DNA of 48,081 bases from Alistipes sp. (GTDB lineage: Bacteria > Bacteroidota > Bacteroidia > Bacteroidales > Rikenellaceae). Position numbers and translations under genes: made by a program. This document shows, piece after piece, positions 17,326 through 26,195 of the stretch. The number at the start of each line of letters is the position of its first letter. The first letter of the stretch is position 1. The notes under the pieces were generated by a model. It was not told the origin of the DNA and made no database searches. It saw only the letters and a program-made list of their open reading frames with translations. The stretch lies in contig JAGBRY010000113.1 of NCBI GenBank assembly GCA_017632115.1, forward strand, positions 1 through 48,081, in the 5' to 3' direction.

Positions 17326-18144
17326 ATGTTGAGTGTAAAGAGGTTGATAAAAGGCTTGATATTTGCGTTGTTGCTCATTGCCGGAGCGACAACCGCATCG
17401 GCACAACTCTTCCAGGAGGGCGAGGTGCTGTACTATCGTGCAGCCTATCGTGCCAAGCTGTGGCCTAACACCGAGGCTGGCGAGGTTACGGTTTCGACAC
17501 GCCTTGATACGCTCGACGGCAAAGAGGTCTATCGAGTTACGGGTAATGGTCGCACACTGCCATTCTTCCGCTGGTTCTTCGACATGGATGACACCTATAA
17601 TATATGGGTAGACAAGCAGACTCTGCGCACTCAGCGTTTCGAGAGTGACCTGAAGGAGGATAAATACACCTTCCGCAGCCACTATCGCTACGATTGGGAC
17701 TCGATGAAGGTGCACACTTGGTCGCAGAAACGACAAAATACACCACGAGAGAAGACAATGACTCTTACTCCAGAGAGCATGGATGCCGTATCGCTCTACT
17801 TCAACCTTCGTTCGGTCGATTTGGGGTCGTTCCGAGAGGGTGAGCATCGCCACCTCGATATGGTTTTGGAGGATACGATTCGCCACCTTCGCTACCGCTT
17901 TATCGCTCGTGAGGAGTTAAAAGTTCCGAAGATGGGCAAGTTCGATACAATGAAGTTTGCCTGCACGATAGGTTCGTCGGAGGAGTTCTCGTTTACCGAT
18001 GGTACCGAGTTTATGATCTGGATAACCAACGACGAGAATAAGATACCCGTAATGTTGGCTTCGCCTGTGCGAGTGGGCGAGATTAGGGCCTATATCCGAC
18101 GATACGAAGGTTTAAAGCATCCGCTAACCTCGAAGCTAAAATAA
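17326..18144 (+). CDS. Exported DUF3108-like protein
   Basis: Signal peptide ending ASA-Q; GEVLYY...AGEV and IWITNDENKIPV motifs. Confidence 0.7.
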   Translation: MLSVKRLIKGLIFALLLIAGATTASAQLFQEGEVLYYRAAYRAKLWPNTEAGEVTVSTRLDTLDGKEVYRVTGNGRTLPFFRWFFDMDDTYNIWVDKQTLRTQRFESDLKEDKYTFRSHYRYDWDSMKVHTWSQKRQNTPREKTMTLTPESMDAVSLYFNLRSVDLGSFREGEHRHLDMVLEDTIRHLRYRFIAREELKVPKMGKFDTMKFACTIGSSEEFSFTDGTEFMIWITNDENKIPVMLASPVRVGEIRAYIRRYEGLKHPLTSKLK

Positions 18145-18216
18145 AACACCAATGGCCGATGGCTGGTGGCTAAAAGCCAAAAAAGTATTATATTTGCAAA
18201 AAATAAGTTAACCACT

Positions 18217-19140
18217 ATGGAAGAGAACAAGTATGAATACAACCCTGAGGAGGGTTACGATTACGAAAGAGAGGAGAACGAGGCGATAAAGAAGTCGCTT
18301 CGAGGCTACCGAGTTGTTATTATTCTGCTGGCTATAATCCTGGCAGGTTTGTCGGTTTTGTATTTCAACCTCAACCGTCAGCAGCAACAGGACTACGCTT
18401 TGTTGCAGGCCGACCGAGATACTATCCAGAGCAACCTCAACTCGCTGATTGTAGAGTATGACGATCTTAAGTATCAGAACGACACCATCGCAGCGCAGTT
18501 GGAGAAGGCTAAGGAGATGGTCGAGCAACTCAAGTATGAGCGTCGCCTCAACTACAACAAAATTAAGGCTTATCAGAAGGAGGTTGGAACTCTGCGTTCG
18601 GTAATGAAGAACTACCTCCGTCAAATCGACTCACTCAACACCATCAATAAGAAGGTTAGCGCCGAGAATGTATCGTTACGCAAGGAGATTTCGACTGCAA
18701 ACCTTCGTGCCGATGTTGCCGAGGAGCGTGCTTCGGAGTTGCAGAACAAGGTGGCACAGGGCTCGGTACTTCGTGCAAGAGATATCACGCTCGTAGCATT
18801 GAATGCTAACGACAAAATCATCACCCGTGTAAAGAATGCTACAACATTGCGTGTAGACTTTACGGTTGGTGCAAACGAGTTGGCAAAGGCCGGCAATCGC
18901 CAGATCTACCTCTGCATCACCTCGCCTGACGGATATCTGCTCTCGACCGATGCTATGCCAACATTCTCGTACCAGGGTTCGAAGAAGGGCTATTCGGCAT
19001 CTCGTGAGGTTGACTATCAAAACGAAGATGTGGATGTAAGTATCTACTACAAGGGCAGTGGCTTTATTCCTGGCACCTACAAGGTTGAGATCTATATGGA
19101 CGGTAACCTTATCGGCTCGTCGGAGGTAGCTGTAAGATAA
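18217..19140 (+). CDS. Conserved membrane-anchored coiled-coil protein with a C-terminal beta-sandwich (hypothetical)
   Basis: One transmembrane helix, long coiled coil, C-terminal PGTYKVEIYMDGNLIG; host codon usage. ATG 18217 lies downstream of a -7 box at 18189-18196. Confidence 0.8.
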   Translation: MEENKYEYNPEEGYDYEREENEAIKKSLRGYRVVIILLAIILAGLSVLYFNLNRQQQQDYALLQADRDTIQSNLNSLIVEYDDLKYQNDTIAAQLEKAKEMVEQLKYERRLNYNKIKAYQKEVGTLRSVMKNYLRQIDSLNTINKKVSAENVSLRKEISTANLRADVAEERASELQNKVAQGSVLRARDITLVALNANDKIITRVKNATTLRVDFTVGANELAKAGNRQIYLCITSPDGYLLSTDAMPTFSYQGSKKGYSASREVDYQNEDVDVSIYYKGSGFIPGTYKVEIYMDGNLIGSSEVAVR

Positions 19141-19161
19141 CAATTTAAAAACTAGGAAATT

Positions 19162-19323
19162 ATGAAAAAGTATGTTTGCACAATATGTGCATGGATTTAC
19201 GACCCGGCTGTGGGCGATCCTGATAGTGGCATTGCACCGGGCACAGCATTCGAGGATATTCCCGAAGATTGGACTTGCCCAATCTGTGGCGTAACCAAAG
19301 AGGATTTCAATCCGATCGGATAA
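19162..19323 (+). CDS. Rubredoxin (53 aa; not in the ORF track)
   Basis: [53 protein letters not shown], two CxxC motifs. Confidence 0.96.
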   Translation: MKKYVCTICAWIYDPAVGDPDSGIAPGTAFEDIPEDWTCPICGVTKEDFNPIG

Positions 19324-19324
19324 G

Positions 19325-19359
19325 AGAAAAGCCGAGTCATTGCGACTCGGCTTTTCTTT
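19325..19359 (+). terminator. Intrinsic terminator after rubredoxin
   Basis: AGAAAAGCCGAGTC-ATTGC-GACTCGGCTTTTCT, 14-bp stem with a T tract. Confidence 0.85.
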
Positions 19360-19522
19360 AGTGAGGAGTGAGGAGTTAGTAGAGAGTAGTTTTTTGTACA
19401 AGAGGGAGATTAGGGAGATTAGAGAATTTAGCGATTATACCCCAAACCCCTTAAACTCACTAAATTATCTACACTCCCCCAGAATGATTTTCCCATTTCT
19501 TGTCAGACTATTCCACGACTTC

Positions 19523-19644
19523 AAAATCGCTTATGGTGGAGGAAATTTTGTGCGTTACGCAGTGGCGGAAAGCGCAGCATACTAGGCGTATGTGAGAATT
19601 TACGACGCAAGTAAGGTACAAAATTTACCCACCAGAACGATTTT
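19523..19644. repeat. About 120-bp imperfect palindromic element (REP/MITE-like or structured RNA)
   Basis: Arms AAAATCG..TGGTGG..AAATTTTGTGC.TTAC / GTAA.GTACAAAATTT..CCACCA..CGATTTT with an inner GCATAC-TAGGC-GTATGT hairpin. Confidence 0.6.
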
Positions 19645-19650
19645 CCACAA

Positions 19651-19687
19651 AAATATAAAGGAGTGCAATTTGCACTCCTTTATATTT
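19651..19687 (-). terminator. Terminator downstream of rpmH
   Basis: AAATATAAAGGAGTGCAA-T-TTGCACTCCTTTATATTT palindrome. Confidence 0.8.
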
Positions 19688-19706
19688 AATCGTAATTGAT
19701 TACAGA

Positions 19707-19868
19707 TTAATTGTACTTGAAAGTTGCCTCGTCAGAAACAGTCAACTTCTTACGACCCTTTGCTCGACGAGCAGCCAATACCTTGCGGCCGTTTGCAGTA
19801 GCCATGCGAGCACGGAAACCATGCTTGTTGATGCGCTTGCGACGCGATGGCTGGTAAGTTCTTTTCAT
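19707..19868 (-). CDS. rpmH: 50S ribosomal protein L34 (not in the ORF track)
   Basis: [53 protein letters not shown]; alternative ATG at 19874; -7 box at 19939-19946. Confidence 0.98.
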   Translation of the reverse strand: MKRTYQPSRRKRINKHGFRARMATANGRKVLAARRAKGRKKLTVSDEATFKYN

Positions 19869-20025
19869 TGCCATAGTTGTATCGTTTTTTTATTGTTTTA
19901 GTCTATTGTTTTGGCGCATAATCTCCCTATGCGAGGTGCAAAGGTACAACCTTTTTTCAATTTTGCAAAACCTTTTTAGAAAAATCTTAAAAAATCGCTC
20001 TGTTTCGCCACTTTCCTACTCGGAA

Positions 20026-20580
20026 TTACTCCTTAAAGAGGTCTATTTCACCCTTTTCGACCTTGTGGAAATAGTCGGTAAGGGTGGCAATGAATGGCGA
20101 AATAACCTCGAGGGTATCGGCCACCACGCTCTCGCCCTCTCCCTTTATGCGATAGAGCATTGCGGCATAGAGAGCACGGAAGCAGAGCTCCGTATCGCTC
20201 ATATCGCTCTCCTTGCCGAGAAGCGAACGCAAGGTCGGAAGATACTGAGCAAGAACGGTATATCGCTGGCTGTACATCACATCAAGTTCCTGCTGCTTCA
20301 TCAGGCGAAGGTGGAGGTCGTGGAGGTCGGAGATAAGATGCAAGGTGTGGTCGAGGTGGCCCGACTTCTCTTTACCCTCCTGAGCGAGCAACCCTGCAAT
20401 ATCCATATACCACGCCAAGAGCATCTGCTCCTGCTGAGGGTCGAGCTTGCGAGGCTTGACGAGTGTTGCATATACCGCTTCGGGTGAGAACTGCAATGCT
20501 CGCAACAAATCTTCCAACTGCCACAAATACAGTATGTACTCGGCGATATTCTCTTTTCGTTTCTGCTGTGCTATATCCAT
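20026..20580 (-). CDS. DUF4924-like conserved Bacteroidetes protein
   Basis: MDIAQQKRKENIAEYILYLWQLEDLLRA...WY...EGKEKSGHL; start set at ATG 20580. Confidence 0.75.
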   Translation of the reverse strand: MDIAQQKRKENIAEYILYLWQLEDLLRALQFSPEAVYATLVKPRKLDPQQEQMLLAWYMDIAGLLAQEGKEKSGHLDHTLHLISDLHDLHLRLMKQQELDVMYSQRYTVLAQYLPTLRSLLGKESDMSDTELCFRALYAAMLYRIKGEGESVVADTLEVISPFIATLTDYFHKVEKGEIDLFKE

Positions 20581-20597
20581 AAATACTATCTTTGGCA

Positions 20598-20657
20598 CAA
20601 AGATACGAAAAAGTTGAGAGTTAAGAGTTGAGAGTTGAGAGTTTTTTTGTAAATTTG
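20598..20657. promoter_or_regulatory. Bidirectional promoter module with (AGTTGAG)4 between the DUF4924-like gene and ispG
   Basis: CAAAGATA 20598-20605, four heptamers 20612-20639, TAAATTTG 20650-20657. Confidence 0.7.
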
Positions 20658-20661
20658 TGGT

Positions 20662-22131
20662 ATGAATCTAAGCAAATATACAAGAAGAGAGAGTTGCGAG
20701 GTGAGAATCGGAGCAACAACCATTGGCGGTAACAACCCTATTGCGGTACAGTCGATGACAAATACCGCAACGGCCGACGTGGAGGCGAGTGTGGCACAAA
20801 TCGAGCGCATAGCCGATGCGGGTGCGCCTATCGTGCGCCTTACGGCTCAGGGTAAAAAGGAGGGTGAGGCCCTTGCCGATATCGTAGCCAAAGTGCGAGA
20901 GGAGGGCTACTCGACAGCCATCGTTGCCGATATCCACTTTGTGCCCGAGATTGCATCCATCGCAGCCGAGTCGGTCGATAAGGTTCGCATAAATCCCGGC
21001 AACTATCGTACAAGCGGTGGCGAGCTTGAGGCTCTTATCGAGAAGTGCCGCAAGCGTGGCGTGGCACTTCGCATCGGAGTAAACCACGGCTCATTAGCCA
21101 AACATATCGTCGATAAGTTGGGCGATACCCCTGCCGGAATGGTCGAGTCGGCAATGGAGTTTCTAAGAATTTGCGTTAAGGAGAATTTTGACCAGGTGGT
21201 GGTGTCGATGAAGTCGAGCAACACCCGAGTTATGGTTCACGCCTACCGTCTTTTGGTCGAGGCTATGGAGCGTGAGAATATGTCGTTTCCTATCCACCTT
21301 GGCGTAACCGAGGCCGGTAATGGTATCGAGGGCCGCATCAAGAGCGCCGTAGGCATTGGCGCATTATTGGCCGATGGCGTGGGCGACACTATTCGTGTCT
21401 CGCTGACCGAGGCTCCCGAGAACGAGGTACCGGTAGCAAAGATGCTCGTTGACCACTTCCAAAACCGCACAGGAGAGTTCAATATCAAACACCCCGAAAA
21501 TTACTCTCCATTCGAGTATCGTCGTCGCACCTCGGCACCTATCGTTGCACATAGCGAGATAACCGATGACTACATCGTTGTTGATGCCACAAGCGGCAAC
21601 CCTACCGCCGAGTGGCGTGCAGCCATTCTCAATAGCGAAGGTTCGCAGCCTGTTGTTATCCGTCGCAAGTATGAGGGTTCGACCGAGGAGATTGCCCTCC
21701 AAGCCGCTGCCGATATGGGACAGCTTCTGCTCGATGGTTTAGCTGATGGCGTATGGATCGACGCACCTCAGATTTCGGAGGAGGAGTTGCACCACATTGA
21801 GTTGATTATACTTCAGGCGGCCCGTGCAAGATTCTCGCATACCGAGTATATCGCTTGTCCGTCGTGCGGTCGTACCCTATACAATATAGAGCAGGCGTTG
21901 GCCGATATCAAGGCTCGCACCTCGCATCTCAAAGGGTTGAAGATTGGCGTTATGGGCTGTATCGTAAATGGCCCCGGCGAGATGGCCGATGCCGACTATG
22001 GCTATGTAGGCGCAGGCGCAGGTCGCATCTCACTCTACAAGGGCAAAGAGTGCATCGAGCGCAACATCCCACAGGAGGAGGCCCTCGAAAGACTGATTGA
22101 ACTAATCAAAGCAAATGGCGATTGGAAGTAG
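20662..22131 (+). CDS. ispG: (E)-4-hydroxy-3-methylbut-2-enyl-diphosphate synthase
   Basis: VQSMTNT, VADIHF, RINPGN, RIGVNHGSL, HLGVTEAG, GDTIRVSLT, ACPSCGRT, VMGCIVNGPGE. Confidence 0.97.
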   Translation: MNLSKYTRRESCEVRIGATTIGGNNPIAVQSMTNTATADVEASVAQIERIADAGAPIVRLTAQGKKEGEALADIVAKVREEGYSTAIVADIHFVPEIASIAAESVDKVRINPGNYRTSGGELEALIEKCRKRGVALRIGVNHGSLAKHIVDKLGDTPAGMVESAMEFLRICVKENFDQVVVSMKSSNTRVMVHAYRLLVEAMERENMSFPIHLGVTEAGNGIEGRIKSAVGIGALLADGVGDTIRVSLTEAPENEVPVAKMLVDHFQNRTGEFNIKHPENYSPFEYRRRTSAPIVAHSEITDDYIVVDATSGNPTAEWRAAILNSEGSQPVVIRRKYEGSTEEIALQAAADMGQLLLDGLADGVWIDAPQISEEELHHIELIILQAARARFSHTEYIACPSCGRTLYNIEQALADIKARTSHLKGLKIGVMGCIVNGPGEMADADYGYVGAGAGRISLYKGKECIERNIPQEEALERLIELIKANGDWK

Positions 22132-22135
22132 GGAT

Positions 22136-22741
22136 ATGACTATTTTACCATTGACATATTGGGGCTCGGTGGAGCACTTTGCAAACCTCCTACAAGCAGG
22201 AGAGGAGGCGGTTATTGATCTCGGCGAGAACTATGTAAAGCGTTCAGAGCGCAACCGCACCGAGATTGTTACACCCACCGGCGGAATGGTGTTGTCGGTG
22301 CCACTCATCAAGGCAAACCGCCCTCGAATACCTATGCAGGATATTTGCATAGACAACTCCAAGCGTTGGCAGCACCAGCATTGGGTGGCTATTCTATCGG
22401 CCTACCGCTCATCGCCCTACTACGACTATATAGCCGACCGCATTGCGCCGATTTATGAGCATGAGTGGAGGTATCTCGTGGACCTCAATCGTGAGATTCT
22501 GCAAGCGGAGTTCGATATTCTCGGCATCGAGCCGAAGCATCATTTCTCGGAAATTTACATCGAGCCGAGCGAGGCAGCTATCGACTTGCGTGACAAAAAA
22601 AGAGAGAGCACATTCTGCTCTCCCCAATACTTTCAGATGTTTATGGATCGTACTCCGTTTGTCGAGAATGCGTCGATGCTCGACCTGCTGATGTGCGAAG
22701 GTCGTGAAGCTACTGCACTTTTGAATAGTTGCCAATTGTAA
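22136..22741 (+). CDS. WbqC-family protein
   Basis: ENYVKRSERNRTEI, LSVP, WQHQHW..ILSAYRSSPYY, YFQMF..F..NASMLDLL. Confidence 0.85.
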   Translation: MTILPLTYWGSVEHFANLLQAGEEAVIDLGENYVKRSERNRTEIVTPTGGMVLSVPLIKANRPRIPMQDICIDNSKRWQHQHWVAILSAYRSSPYYDYIADRIAPIYEHEWRYLVDLNREILQAEFDILGIEPKHHFSEIYIEPSEAAIDLRDKKRESTFCSPQYFQMFMDRTPFVENASMLDLLMCEGREATALLNSCQL

Positions 22742-24686
22742 GAGTCATCTCGTCCTCCTTGTCAGCGACACTCGCCTTTACCGTGTTCGTACCCTTCAAC
22801 TTCAGAGTGTCGGTACGATAGATTGTGCGTGCAACATTCTCGCATGCTACGGTGTCACCATTTATTGTCAGCACCGGACGACCCAACGACGAATAGATGG
22901 TCAGCACCTGACTCTCTTCAGAACGGATATCTCGCTCCTTGTCGGTGATGTGAAGTGTCGGCTGGCGACGATTCCACTGCGACTTGTAGAGGTAGAAGAG
23001 GTTCTTGCGACTCTTGTGGTCGCCAGCAACCACACCCGAGTTGCGCACACCTCGCACATAGCGAGCCGAGCCCATATCGAACATCGAGTTGAGCCATACT
23101 CCCCAGAACAGATCCTCATCAACCAAGTGTGAATAGCCCTCGTGGAAGCGCTGTTGACGAGCCTTTGCCGCTACAGAGTTGTTGCAACCCACGGCTGTTG
23201 CAGAGCTAAATCGCATACCATTGCTGCTCTCGCCATAGCACACCGCCTGACGAAGGTGATTCCAAGAGGTACGCAGAGCTCCCTGCCACAAATCGAGGTC
23301 GGTAATCTCTCCATTCTCCCAACCTACTGCCTGTTGCCAAACGATCAAATCGGTAATAAAGTTTATATCGCCATCCTGGTTACTCATCGCCACCGTTGGG
23401 CGGGTTGCATCGAGCTTCTTGGCCGTAGAGTTGAGCTTGCGAATATAATCCATCTGCTGCTTGGAGTTTCCTCTGAGCATAGAGAATACGCCCCACATAG
23501 CAACTGAAGGGTGATTTATATTCTGCAGAACTATTTCGTGCAACTGCTGCACTCCGTTCATCTCGAAACGAGGTGTCGAGTAGTATGGTATGTCGCTCAA
23601 GAATGGTGCACGAGCAAACGGGAAATCGACCCACGCCACCATGCCGAGTCGGTCGCACTCGTTATAGAGGTGCTGAGCATGAGGGCCGGCAACCGAACGC
23701 ACGGCATTTGCACCCATTTCACGAATGAGGGCAAGATCCGAATTTATCTCGCTCTTCGAAACGGCATTTCCCTTCGGCATACGGTCGTGTCCGAGCAATA
23801 CGCCACGAACACGCACTCGACGACCATTTATGGTAAACTTCTTCTCCGAGGTTACCTCTATTTTGCGGAAACCGGTCTTAACCTCGACGCTCTCATCGTC
23901 AATCGTAACACGCACAGTGTAGAGGCGTGGCGAGCCAAGCGACCACAACTCAGCATTCTCGATTGTGAAAGGAACAGAGAGGAGATTATCGTCAATCTTC
24001 GCCTTCACCGTCTTCGACAACGACACATAGCCGTCGGGAGCAAGAAAGTCGACCGTAACATTGTGCGAGGAGTCCTTTTTACCGAGCAAAGCAACATCCA
24101 CTCGTCCCGACACTCGCTCCTTCGACACATCGGTCTGATGCACCATAATACCATCGGTACCATAATAGAGCGGCGAAACAGCTGTCTTCTCGGTTACGAG
24201 AAGCTCCACATCACGATAGATACCGCCATAGCGATTCTCCTCGATCGAGGTAGGCAGAACATCGTTGCGCAAAGCGTTGCTCACCGCCACAAGAAGAGCG
24301 TTGTTGTAGCCATACGACACCTTGTCGGTAATCTCGAATGTGAATGCCGTATATCCTCCGTGGTGGTCACCGATGTGGCGACCGTTGATAAAGACATCGG
24401 CCACGCTCTGCACTCCGTGAAAACGGAGGAAGAGTCGTTTGCCCTTCCACTCGCTCGGAACAAAGAGTGTGCGCTGATAGTTTGCCGAGGTCTGAAGATA
24501 GGTGCCGTTACCCACAAAGGCATCGAGATTCCAGGTATGCGGCAGGGAGATTTCACGAGCATTGTCGCTCGAATTCTCCTCCGCATAGAAGAACTTCCAA
24601 CCACTGTTCAACGAGTATATCTCACGAGCATAACCACTCGATACTACACTCACAGTCAACAAGATATATAGTATCCACCTCTTCAT
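22710..24686 (-). CDS. Glycoside hydrolase family 2-like exported protein (catalytic residues appear absent)
   Basis: LPHTWN, LRFHGVQSVADVFING..H.GGYTAF.F.IT, YGGIYRDV, GFRKIE, CDRLG, NHPSV.MW. Confidence 0.85.
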   Translation of the reverse strand: MKRWILYILLTVSVVSSGYAREIYSLNSGWKFFYAEENSSDNAREISLPHTWNLDAFVGNGTYLQTSANYQRTLFVPSEWKGKRLFLRFHGVQSVADVFINGRHIGDHHGGYTAFTFEITDKVSYGYNNALLVAVSNALRNDVLPTSIEENRYGGIYRDVELLVTEKTAVSPLYYGTDGIMVHQTDVSKERVSGRVDVALLGKKDSSHNVTVDFLAPDGYVSLSKTVKAKIDDNLLSVPFTIENAELWSLGSPRLYTVRVTIDDESVEVKTGFRKIEVTSEKKFTINGRRVRVRGVLLGHDRMPKGNAVSKSEINSDLALIREMGANAVRSVAGPHAQHLYNECDRLGMVAWVDFPFARAPFLSDIPYYSTPRFEMNGVQQLHEIVLQNINHPSVAMWGVFSMLRGNSKQQMDYIRKLNSTAKKLDATRPTVAMSNQDGDINFITDLIVWQQAVGWENGEITDLDLWQGALRTSWNHLRQAVCYGESSNGMRFSSATAVGCNNSVAAKARQQRFHEGYSHLVDEDLFWGVWLNSMFDMGSARYVRGVRNSGVVAGDHKSRKNLFYLYKSQWNRRQPTLHITDKERDIRSEESQVLTIYSSLGRPVLTINGDTVACENVARTIYRTDTLKLKGTNTVKASVADKEDEMTLTIGNYSKVQ

Positions 24687-24767
24687 AGTAGCACCTTTTA
24701 TAGGTGCAAAGATAGGAAATTCGCAAATAATTTGCTAACTTCGTGCAGTTATTTCTAATAATTAGCG

Positions 24768-25271
24768 ATGAATTTTTTTGATATACTCACTCTTGTGGCC
24801 CTTGTTTGGGCCGTTATAAGCGGTTGGCGCAGCGGCTTCGTGTCGCAGTTGCTGGGCCTTGTAGGCATCATCCTCGGCGTTGCTCTTTCGGTGCGCTACG
24901 GCGCTGCCGTAGGCGAATTGTTCCATATCGACGCACGATTTTCGGCTGTTGCAGGCTTCCTGATAACCTTCGTTACAACACTTATCATTGCCACTATTTT
25001 GGCAAGACTTATCGCACGAGTGCTCTCATTCATAGGCTTGGGTTGGGTCAACTCCTTGCTCGGCATAATGTTGTCGATTGTTAAAGGGTTGTTGGTATTG
25101 AGTCTGCTCTACACCTCGATCTATGCACTGAACGCCAATTTGCAGTTTATCGAGTCCGACTACTTCAACAACTCGATATCGTTCGATCTGGTGCGCAGTT
25201 GCGCCGAGCCTCTCTTCGACTATTGGGAGAGTGCCAAACAGATAGTTCTTTCACAAACCCCAAAAGCGTAG
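24768..25271 (+). CDS. CvpA-family membrane protein
   Basis: MNFFDIL..GWRSGFVSQL, four transmembrane helices, LGWVNSLLG. Confidence 0.85.
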   Translation: MNFFDILTLVALVWAVISGWRSGFVSQLLGLVGIILGVALSVRYGAAVGELFHIDARFSAVAGFLITFVTTLIIATILARLIARVLSFIGLGWVNSLLGIMLSIVKGLLVLSLLYTSIYALNANLQFIESDYFNNSISFDLVRSCAEPLFDYWESAKQIVLSQTPKA

Positions 25272-25274
25272 CCG

Positions 25275-26195
25275 ATGCAGAGAATTGAAGGATTGGTAAT
25301 GCGTGCCACAGGCAGTTGGTACGAAGTTTTGCACGAGGGCGAAATTTTACGCTGTCGTATGCGTGGTAAGTTGCGCCTCAGAGGTGTCCGTTCGACCAAC
25401 CCTGTAGTTGTAGGCGACACAGTACATTGCGAATCGGGCGAGGATGGCGAATGGGTAATTGTAGATATTGCGCCACGCCACAACTACATTATCCGTCGTG
25501 CATCGAACCTCTCGAAGGAGTCGCATATCATCGCCTCGAATATCGACCGAGCAATGTTGGTCGTAACACTCGTTGAGCCCGTTACCGCAACCGAATTTAT
25601 TGACCGTTTCCTCGTTACCTGCGAGGCATACAAGGTTCCCGTAACCATCCTTTTGGCAAAGATTGACCTTCTGCAGGAGTCGCCCGAGATGGTGGAGCAA
25701 TTCCACCGCATATACGAGGGTGCCGGCTACGAGGTTATTGACATCTCGGCGACCAATGGCATAGGCATTGAGCGCATAAAGGAGATGTTGGCGGGCAAGA
25801 CCACCCTGCTCTCGGGCAACTCGGGTGTAGGCAAATCGACCCTTATCGGAGCTATTGACCCTACGATAGAGATCCGCACTGGCGAGATATCGGACTCATT
25901 CCACAAGGGCAAACACACCACCACCTTCTCGACAATGTATCGCATTGCCGACGGTTTCATTATCGACACCCCGGGTGTAAAGGGTTTTGGTTTGATAGAT
26001 ATCGACGACAAGGAGTTGTGGCACTACTTCCCCGAGATGATATCCCGAGTAGGCGAGTGCAAGTTCTTCAACTGCACCCATACCCACGAGCCCCATTGCG
26101 CCGTAATAGAAGCGGTAAAGCGTGAGGAGATAGCCTTCTCCCGCTACGAAAGTTACCTGAAAATACTCGACGAAGATGACAAATACAGAAAATAA
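25275..26195 (+). CDS. rsgA: Ribosome small subunit-dependent GTPase A
   Basis: OB fold VVGD, GNSGVGKST, GKHTTT, IIDTPG, C-terminal CKF.NC.H..EP.CAV zinc finger. Confidence 0.96.
   Translation: MQRIEGLVMRATGSWYEVLHEGEILRCRMRGKLRLRGVRSTNPVVVGDTVHCESGEDGEWVIVDIAPRHNYIIRRASNLSKESHIIASNIDRAMLVVTLVEPVTATEFIDRFLVTCEAYKVPVTILLAKIDLLQESPEMVEQFHRIYEGAGYEVIDISATNGIGIERIKEMLAGKTTLLSGNSGVGKSTLIGAIDPTIEIRTGEISDSFHKGKHTTTFSTMYRIADGFIIDTPGVKGFGLIDIDDKELWHYFPEMISRVGECKFFNCTHTHEPHCAVIEAVKREEIAFSRYESYLKILDEDDKYRK

Noticed and set aside
19340-19585. 81-aa ORF
   Set aside because: Runs through a terminator and repeat tracts; low-complexity translation of repeats.
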